NCBI GenBank assembly: GCA_028023455.1
Contig: JAQFVV010000006.1
Coordinates: forward strand, 3,782,001 to 3,846,000
Reading direction: 5' to 3'
DNA length: 64,000 bases
Origin: Epiperipatus broadwayi
Taxonomy: Eukaryota; Animalia; Onychophora
The translations under genes were made by a program, and so were the position numbers. This document shows, piece by piece, positions 55,271-64,000 of this stretch. Position 1 is the stretch's first letter, and each line of letters starts with the position of its first letter. The notes beneath the pieces were generated by a model that saw only the letters and a list, made by a program, of their open reading frames with translations, was not told where the DNA came from and made no database searches.

Positions 55271-55682
55271 TTTGACTAGGGTGGAGAATATGACATAGGT
55301 CTATATAAACTTCTATATTAATTGAGATCTTCCCCCCTTCAAATCCACCATATTAATTTCTTGCCATTCCATGGATATCTAAAGACAAAATAATATAAAA
55401 TTCTATTTAATGTAATATTTAATCGTTTTGTTGAAGCTTAAATGTAATAAAGATATAGCTTAAAACGTTAGTTTTAATTTGTACATAATAACCTTCCAAT
55501 TTGAAAAGGAAGTTATATTAAATTTAATTATTAAAAATATAAAATGAATTTTACATTTATTATGCATTTAATTTTTATAGGTAAATCTTATGTCTGAGCC
55601 TTTATTTAATATCATTTTTAACATATGGGTTGTGTAAATTTAAAAAATAATAATACTCATAGTTATTAATCATTAAAACAGT

Positions 55683-56225
55683 GATAAACTCTCCATACAA
55701 TAGTGACATCCAGTGTACATCTAGTATTCAATGGATACATGAAGGTTTGTGCACAAATTCCTATCTAGTGACTACCCGTCCAATATTCCCAGACTAGTTT
55801 CTATCTTATGGCTTTAATCAGTGAGAAGTATTGGATCTGAGAGCACTGCATTTAGATCTTAGGATCCAATGCAACCCTCCAGCAGCCACCTTTTACTTTT
55901 TACGTAACTATAAAGCTATATGTCCAAAATGAAAACAATATTTTTAATTTAAACTCATTCATTTATATAGTCATATATATTTGACCCCAGTTTAATATCT
56001 ACACATTTTAGTGCTCTCAGATCTAAGCTCCTTACTAATGAAAGCCACGAGCTAGAAACTAACCTAGGGATATTAAATAAGTTCCAGTTAAATGGGGATT
56101 TTATGCACAAATGTTCTTGCATCCATTGATTACTGTGGCTTGCACTGGGTGCCCCCCCCCCTACTGTATGGAGAGTTTGTCAGTGTTTTAATGGCTCGTG
56201 TAAGCATAGGAAATGGAGAGCACAT
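55683..56225. mobile_element. Family C inverted pair with degenerate hammerheads (55787-55825 minus; 56030-56070 plus)
   Basis: Homologous to 40526-41401; cores ctgatta and ctaatga. Confidence 0.8.
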
Positions 56226-56234
56226 GATATTACC

Positions 56235-57135
56235 CATCACATTATATGGTGATATTAAGATGATTAACATTGAGAAGGGTGTACAGCAGGGTGGTTTTAT
56301 ATCCACATTTTACAAAAGTGTGACAACATTTTGTGGATTAAAATATGATAGTGATTAAAAACGAACCAAGATTATTTAAGTCATTGAGGTTAAATATAAG
56401 TGCTATGGTTGTTTTTGCAAATAATGCTTCAGAACATCAAGGAATATTGCAAGAGTTAACAGATAAAAGTACGAAGTCAGGACTAATGATAAATATTTAA
56501 AAAACAGAAGCACTCATCAATGGATTTTCTCAGAAGATGAAAATAAATAGTGATTATTATGAATTCTGAGAAGTTAATAACTACACTGCTGATAGAATTA
56601 TAATGGGTGGAATTAATCACAGAATTAAATCTGGATGGAGTGCTTTTGATAATAATAATAATAAACCTAAAATTGAAAGGAGTTATGCATATGTGTTTGA
56701 AAATGAATTTTTTAATAGATGTGTTTTACCAGTTCTTAATTATGGATCTGAGAGTTTGGAACTTAATGAAAGAACCAATTACAGACTTCAGACTGCTCCG
56801 TGAAGTAGAGAAATATATATTAAGTGTGGTAAGATTGATTATGAAATACGTTAATGAGAGAACAATCAAAATGACATGATCAAAATATTTTAAAAAATAA
56901 AATGTTTTTGAGATGGATATATTGCTAAGAGAGATACTAATAGGTTGACAATTGAAGACTTAAACTGGATCTTAAGAGATTATAAAAAGCTTTAAAAGGT
57001 GACCACATATGAGATGGATGGATGAAACAAGTGAGCTTGCTGGGGTGTTATAGAAAAATAAGGGTATAGTATAGAGAAACTGGATTATAGTTGGACGATT
57101 TTTCTTCAGTGGATTGATAGTGGTTGTAAAAAAGG
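56235..57135 (+). mobile_element. Decayed RTE fragment (RT domain 4 to 3' end)
   Basis: INIEKGVQQG, NHRIKSGWSAF, FNRCVLPVLNYGSESL; homologous to 3500-4420. Confidence 0.85.
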
Positions 57136-57264
57136 GGGATAATGATAATTTTTGTTAATAAAAATATTGCTAAAATAAATCAAAATATATTTTCAATGTA
57201 AAAATATGTTTCCATATTTAATTAAAATTTATCTTTCTCTATGTGAAAAGCAAATGAATACAAA

Positions 57265-57770
57265 TCTTGTGCTGTGATGCACTGTGGCTTCTCCTTTATC
57301 AGAATTAGGAATCTCTCCACCATAATATCCAGAACCACCTTATCTTTCATTCCCCACTCTGTTTTTCCCCATATTCTTCCCTATCTTGCTCCATCCCATT
57401 TCCATAACATAATCTTTGTCAATTCCATAGCTTTTATTTCTAAATCTCCCTTATCTTTTTCCAAACTCAGCATAAAAATAAAGAACCCACTTTCTGTATA
57501 ATCTCTTTATTTATTCTTCCACAACTTCATTATTTGAATCCTTTGTGCTTGTAGGTATTTGCGCTCAATTAACAGATCTATAATATTTTCTTTGTTTTCC
57601 GTACATAGCTTGCAGACCAAATCTCCCATATTTTTCCACTTACATGTATATTCCTTTGTTGCTAAAGATTCTGTTCAAGCCTTAAACCCTAAACTACCTT
57701 TCTTGCTATTATCATAAATGAATTCACACCCAATATTCTGTTTACTTCTATATATTTTTAAACTCTTTTT
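57265..57770 (-). mobile_element. Third copy of the zinc-knuckle LINE 3' fragment
   Basis: Collinear with 9880-10400 and 10440-10990. Confidence 0.75.
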
Positions 57771-60019
57771 ACTCTTTGCTTACAACTGATAAGATCTAAC
57801 ATCCATTTTCAAAAATAAAAAACAAAGCATATATTTATTGTTTTTAAAATAAATTGTTAATGAGGAGAAAAATAAACATAAATAAAAAACAATTAGTGAT
57901 GTAACATCACTCCATATTAATGCCTGAATCAACAAAATTGAACAGCATTGTGGCTCCAATTTGTGTCCGGTCAATAATGAAAAGGTAAAAATGTTTACAG
58001 GTCTCTATATTACCGTATAGTTTTAAAATGTTTGTTTTAAAATATATCCAACATTAATAGTTAACATTTATTTAAAACCCTACACAGTTTGGTATAGTTG
58101 ATTGAGCATCCAATTTAGGACCAGGATGACTCAAGATCAAATCTGGTTCTCAAAGTTCCAATGATCAAACTTCTCATAAACTTCTGAACAATAAAGACAT
58201 TAGTCATTTTGCCATGTATGGTTTAGAATAGTTGGTAGAGGATCTGACATGGGATTGGTAGGTTCCAGGATCAATTCTGGTGCATACAGATCTGGTGCTC
58301 AAACTTTTATGAACTCACAAGTAATAAACCCATGTTATACCTTTGCCTGATATCATTGGTGAGGTAGAGTATTTAGTTGCCATGCAATTATTAATGTGTC
58401 TTCAAGAACTCTTTTAAGTTTACTACCACATCCAGATGTACCATGACAACTTCCATCATGATTAGGTATGATGATGCTTCAGGATGCTTAGTGACAGCTT
58501 GCTTTATGTCTGATTTAAGTTCTAGCAGCTTCCAGTTTTAACATGAACTTTCCTCACTGTTTTAGCCATATAGTGGACCATGTGCATACTGCCATTCAGG
58601 TCTGACAGTTAAATTGTTGATGTCAAACTTTACCTCCAACTGAACTGATTATATATAGTCAGATCTCCTTCTATAATGAAATTAATTGGATTCACTGAAC
58701 ATCATCACCCATTGGCTGTTTCTCCTATTGGATATATATTGTCTATTCATATATCCATTAGTCTGTGGTAATGAATGTTCAATCCTACTGAGATGAGATC
58801 GAATCTGGACTAGTTCATTAGACAGATATAGCAACGATCTTCCTGCATATATTTACCAAAAATTCTTGTCTCTAATTATCAGTTTCCTTTTAATTCTTTC
58901 CTTCAACTACAAATACTCATGTCCATATGTAATATGTTTTTGATTACTGTGTTTATATTAATAATTTATTGATTTTGATAATTCTCTCATATCCAATTTA
59001 AAGTCACTATAGATTTTCTACCCAATATATTTATCCCTTTTCATCTGTTGTTCCTCTTTACATGATCTTCATGCCTAGATGCTTATATTCTTTATATTTT
59101 TTACTCCATTGTCCCATTTTCTAATATTATATTTTGTTATCTTCCTTCAGTATTTATAATTGTTTGTTTTGTGTTATATTTATTTCTGTGCCTCATTATC
59201 CTCATTATCTAAATTCCATATTAATTTTCCCTCTCATATAATTAAAATTGTTAATAAAAATTTAAGTGTTAATGATAATAAAGAGTTTATTTCTTTGCCA
59301 TATAAGTCTCCAATTAGTAGGTTAATTTGTAAAAATAGTTTTTATTGGTTGGTATATGAAAGTAGTTTGGAAGAAAGGCCTGAATTTAAATTCATTACTA
59401 CATAGTTCAAAACAGTAAATTGATTGCAAATCTACTTCTGGAGTAGTTTATAACATTTCTTGTAATTATCATACAATTTATATAGGTCAGAATAAATTGT
59501 CTTAATAAAAGAGGCAAAGTTCATAAGTGTAGAGTTAAAAATAGATATCATAACTTAGCTTTACTGAATACAGATCATAAAATATTATTTGACTATGCAA
59601 ATGTTATCTTTTATGAAAAAAAAATAATTGAAAAGAAGATGAAAAGAAACTTGAATGATAAAATATTTGAACTGAGGCTACTAATCTCATGAAGACATCC
59701 TTTGATGTTAGATGAAGTTGATTTTTGAAATAAATGATGGGAAGGCTATATTGTTTTGTGTGTATGTATATAAATTATATGTTTAGTTGAATTTCACTTC
59801 AAAAGGTTTATTTATTAATAGATGAAATCATGGTTGTGAAAGGATTTTAGTAAAGTTGCGTTTTTGAGCTAGTATTGAAATATTATATGAATTTCTATTT
59901 TATTTTATATCTTATTTATGTTTCAATGTAAAATAGTGCTAGTAAACAATAATAATAATTTAAAGAAACAAAGTTTTTTAAGACTGAGAAAATAAGCAGT
60001 TTTTATTATCATCATTAAA

Positions 60020-60240
60020 AGAATCAAGAGAGAGAAATAAAGCTGTTCTTGATATAATGTTAGATTAAATGGAAAGAGAAGATCATATAAAATCTTAAAC
60101 TATATTCGAAGAAATTGAAAACCTAGAAAAATAGCACATATGCAGTGGTTAGATGAAACAAGAAAGCTTATTAAATAGTGTAGGAAAGAAAAACGATTGG
60201 ACCAAGAAACCATATTAACTTAAGGATATTTGCAATGGAT
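60020..60240 (+). mobile_element. Highly decayed RTE 3' remnant
   Basis: cttaaact..attcgaaga...acctagaaaa...gtggttagatgaaacaagaaag resembles 4235-4380. Confidence 0.45.
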
Positions 60241-60641
60241 TTTTTTCAAGAAAATGCCCTATAGTTAATCCAGCTTCCTATCCAATATTGGTTAGTAAAT
60301 GGGTGTTTAGCTATTCAAATAGTTCTCAAAGTATTACCATCCAGAAATTACAGTCTTGTAAGTAATGACTTTTTTTTTTCATGGGAAGTGAATTTAAAGC
60401 CATTGCTTTGATGAGTGCTATCTAAAAGTTATTTAATATATATATATATATAATTAAAATGTCTGTTAATTAAAACAAAATTGTAATTATAATAATAAAT
60501 TTAACGGTTTATAAACTATTATAAACAATCCTTAAATCTGCAGAAGTACTTTCAGTTAATTTCTTAAACCTGCCTCAACTGCCATTAAATTATATATATA
60601 TATAGTATACGTAACTGCCATTAAATTATATATATATATAG

Positions 60642-60862
60642 TATACGTAACTTTATAAATAAATATTTGAAAATACAGTAATTAAAAGTCTATAAAAATT
60701 ATATGTATAACTATAACTTAGAAGCGCTTTCACTACCTTGTAGCTTTGTCAACTGCAAAGCTACAAGGTAGTGAAAGCACTTCTAAGTTATAGTTATGCA
60801 TATAATTTTTATAGACTTTTAAATACTGTATTTTCAAATATTTATTTATAAAGTTACGTATA
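60642..60862. repeat. Near-perfect hairpin, about 107-bp arms, 7-nt loop
   Basis: Arms 60642-60748 and 60756-60862; about 3 differences. Confidence 0.92.
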
Positions 60863-61577
60863 TTATATTATTTTGAAGAAATACAGACATCGATTTGAAA
60901 TATATATATATGTGTGTATGTGTGTGTGTATATAGGTAAAATAAATTTTAAATGTGTCATTCTTTTCAACAATTGTATAAGGAGAAGCTGTGAACAAAAT
61001 CACATTAGTCACCAGGTTCACAAATTATCAAAAAAATAAATTAATTTTTTTATTATTACTTTTTAGCTAAGAAGATCTAGATACCCACTTAAATCAATGA
61101 TTTGAATATATAGCTAAAACAGCTTCAGATGGATTATGGCCTAAACTATCTGTATATAATCAGAAAAAAAATTCAAGCTTATCAACTTCTTATCAAACCC
61201 CATGTTAATGGTGTAATGAGTGGATGCATTAATACCACAAGCAATAAGGACTTAAAATGTTGATACATCAATAGCAGCAGCAGTGATCCCTCACATATGA
61301 GAACAGCCATTCCAACTCTAAGGGGAAAAAGAAAAGCCAAAAACAAAACATAAAATCAACCAGTAAATAAGAGTTTACTATGATTGGATAAACCAGTGAA
61401 TCACAAATATATCCACTTACAGAGTATATTGGTCCATTATTCTGTTTGATTGATATTTTTAATGCTGTCTTTAACTTCCATGGAAACTTCCTGTCTAAAA
61501 TACTTTAACACCATATTTTCCTAATAATGACAATCAACATTTTTCTTCTTTAGAATGCTTATAACATTATCTTTCTT

Positions 61578-61830
61578 AAAACAGGCAAAACTCATCCATA
61601 CAGTAGTGTCACTCAGTGCAAGCCAGAGTAATCAATGGATAACAGAAGACTTGTGCATAAAATACCTATCTAGTGCCTACTCATCCAACATCACCAGATT
61701 ATTTCCTAGCTTGTGGCTTTCATCCATTTATTGCTCTGGCTTGCACTGGGTGACACTACTGTATGGAAAGTTTTGCCTCTTTTAATAACAGTTATGAGAA
61801 AGCATTAAAAATGGTGATCATGTGAAGTTT
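61578..61830. mobile_element. Family C fold-back fragment
   Basis: aggcaaaact..ccatacagtagtgtcactcagtgcaagccagag ... ctctggcttgcactgggtgacactactgtatgg..agttttgcct, with a partial hammerhead between the arms. Confidence 0.75.
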
Positions 61831-61864
61831 AGTAGTTTATCTTTCTTATTGTGTTGCCAAATCC

Positions 61865-62067
61865 ATATAACATTAATATCATTTATGTTCTTTATTACTT
61901 TTTACAATGCTTTTACAATCCACTAGATGGTTTCAATTGTCCCAGCAATCTTCTTCAGGATTAGTAGAAGTTCTGAAAAAGGTTGCTGGGGTAATTGAAA
62001 ACATCTGATGGGTTGTGAAAAGCATTGTAAAAAGTAATAAAGAACATAAATTATACTAATATTATAT
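61865..62067. repeat. Inverted repeat with family D hammerhead-like cores (61931-61958 minus; 61973-62000 plus)
   Basis: CTGAA(G/A)A-A-G(A/G)TTG-ctgg..-(C/T)AATT-GAAA in both arms. Confidence 0.7.
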
Positions 62068-62349
62068 TCTTTTAGAATTTCTTTGAAATAATCATTGTAA
62101 TGTAAGTGGGATCGATTTCTCCTATGAAAATTATGTTCAAGTTTACTATGAAATGGTCTTTTTGTTTTGGTTCTTTGTTTTACTTGTCCAATCCAATGCA
62201 GATTGCAGTAATGGGCTATTATAGTTTCACACCCAGCAATTTGAAAAAAAATATTGAATATTTTTTATGATCTTACCAATTTTCAAAATTTTTTGGACTA
62301 ACCTTAAATTAAATATTTTAATGCCATTATGTTATATATATATATATAT

Positions 62350-62760
62350 TATATGGTTGTGGATCATGGACACTGTGTAAAAAATTAGGAACAGATTGAA
62401 AGCCTTTGACGTGTGATCATGGAAATGGATAAAAAAAATCAGTTGGATAAATAAAATGACAAATAAAAAAGTTTTGAAAACAGTAAATAAAAAAAGATTG
62501 ATTGAGAAAAACAGAGATAGAAAATGATGCTCGACTGAGTATTAAGAAGGAAGAATAGTTTAATGAAAGATATTCGAAAGTAATAATGAATGGAAATAAG
62601 AAAAAATGAGAGAAAAGATTAACCTTTCTGGATAATATAAGAGATGTAATAGATACATGGAACTGAAGAGTTAGGCAAAAGAGAATGGAGTGGAATGCAT
62701 GAATTTGTGATGTGACTGCTCTTTAGACCCATCCATAGGCCAGAATACTGTTGATTGATG
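62350..62760 (+). mobile_element. RTE-1-type 3' remnant
   Basis: YGCGSWTL...RLKAFDV..WKWIK.ISW..KMTNKKVL...RKNSLMKD...G pattern. Confidence 0.75.
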
Positions 62761-62924
62761 TTACATTGATAAATATCCCAATCTTTTTTTAATAAAATTA
62801 GTAAAATAATATTCTAAGTACAAATAATTTATACACACACCCATATATATTATATTTATATATTGGACTATTTCCATCATCTAATATGAGTATTGAATGT
62901 CTTTAGTAAAGCAGACCCATTAGT

Positions 62925-63375
62925 ATATTGACAATGTTTTGAGAGGTATTATTCTCCCCTCTTCTTCAGGTGTTGGTAGCCTAACCAGTAACAGTACTAG
63001 CATGGGAATCAAACCTGGACCCTTAGATTCTTGAGTATTCACTTTTAAGGTAATGTTCTAGCCAACTGAGCTTTTGGCAGAATGGCTCAATTGGTTAGAA
63101 TTTTATCTTATTCTTCAGGTAGTGCTGATCTGACCAATGACAGTACTAGTATGGGAATTGAACCTGGACCCTTAGATTCTTAAGTATTAAATTTTAAGTT
63201 AATGCTCTAACCAACTGAGCCTTTGGCAGGATAGCTCAGTTGGTTAGAGTGTTACCTTAAAATTCAATACTCAGAAATCTAAGGGTCCAGGTTCGATTCC
63301 CATGCTAGTACTGTTACTAGTCAGGCCAGCAACACCTGATGAAGAGAGGAGAATAATACCTTTCAAAACCTTGTG
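62925..63375. mobile_element. Family E: tRNA-Lys-like SINE head plus hammerhead-like tail, two minus copies and one plus copy
   Basis: A-box tagctcagttgg (63232), B-box ggttcgattcc (63290), then CTGATGA-A-GAGAGG-agaataata-CCTTTC-AAAA. Confidence 0.8.
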
Positions 63376-63569
63376 CATAGTCTAATCTATGTAGTATTAC
63401 TAACAATTGAATGTATTTGGAATATTTGAATAAAGTTAACATTTTTCTAAATATGTTCAATATTTATATTAGATGATGGAAATAGTTTGATACGAATAGA
63501 ATCAAAACACCATCATAACAAACCTTCAGAAAAACATTCATATATAAATAAACAAAAAACAGTCAAATA

Positions 63570-63930
63570 TCAACTGATGAGTGCTGGTTCAGCATGAAAT
63601 GCCTCTTGGGGGGGGGGGAGGGGGTCATTTGTCTTTTATTGTATCTATATTTATATAAAATTTAAAAAGAATATGGAAGTATGGAGGTTGTTTAATATAT
63701 CTATAAAGATATTACACATGGGAAAGAGAAAGGTGAATAACTCCATGTGTCTGTATGTTCAAAAAAAATAAAAAAAATTCAGATATATTAATCTTTAAGT
63801 GAGGTTTAAAGTTTATATCTGTCCTGGAGATAATCTCTAGTTTAGTAAATGATTAGTAATAATCATTATTGTATTTACCTGAAGTGGATGGTGTCAAAGT
63901 TGTGAGTGGAGTGAGTTTGATAGTTATAAA
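63570..63930 (+). mobile_element. Hammerhead B10 (63570-63609) followed by repeat G
   Basis: tcaa-CTGATGA-GTGCTG-gtt-CAGCAT-GAAA-tgccTC-ttgg. Confidence 0.7.
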
Positions 63931-64000
63931 TAAAAAAATGTAACGATGAAATATAAAATAATTAAACGTCAGAAAAAGAATTATAGAAATGTATTTTAAT

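Noticed and set aside
58100-59170. Decayed LINE RT remnant on the minus strand
   Set aside because: Only YKHLG and VRP..QYA hints; too weak to list as a feature.

Overview
This is AT-rich (roughly 70% by eye), CpG-depleted, microsatellite-rich eukaryotic DNA that looks like an invertebrate genome. I recognised no intact protein-coding gene. The six-frame ORFs are chance frames, microsatellite translations or decayed transposon pieces. The window contains RTE-type and other non-LTR remnants, Tc1/mariner remnants, a tRNA-Val-derived SINE with target-site duplications and a hAT MITE resembling SPIN/URR1. It also holds remnants of Penelope-like elements (PLEs): a GIY-YIG endonuclease at about 5.4-5.9 kb and an RT at about 36.6-37.1 kb. 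The main signal is about 25 minimal type-I hammerhead ribozyme (HHR) motifs, read by eye, in at least five repeat families (A-E). Many sit in tandem-plus-inverted arrangements typical of PLE pseudo-LTRs or retrozyme-like elements. Family E joins a tRNA-Lys-like Pol III head to an HHR-like tail. Coordinates were counted by hand and may be off by a few bases, and family and clade names come from motif recall, not database searches.
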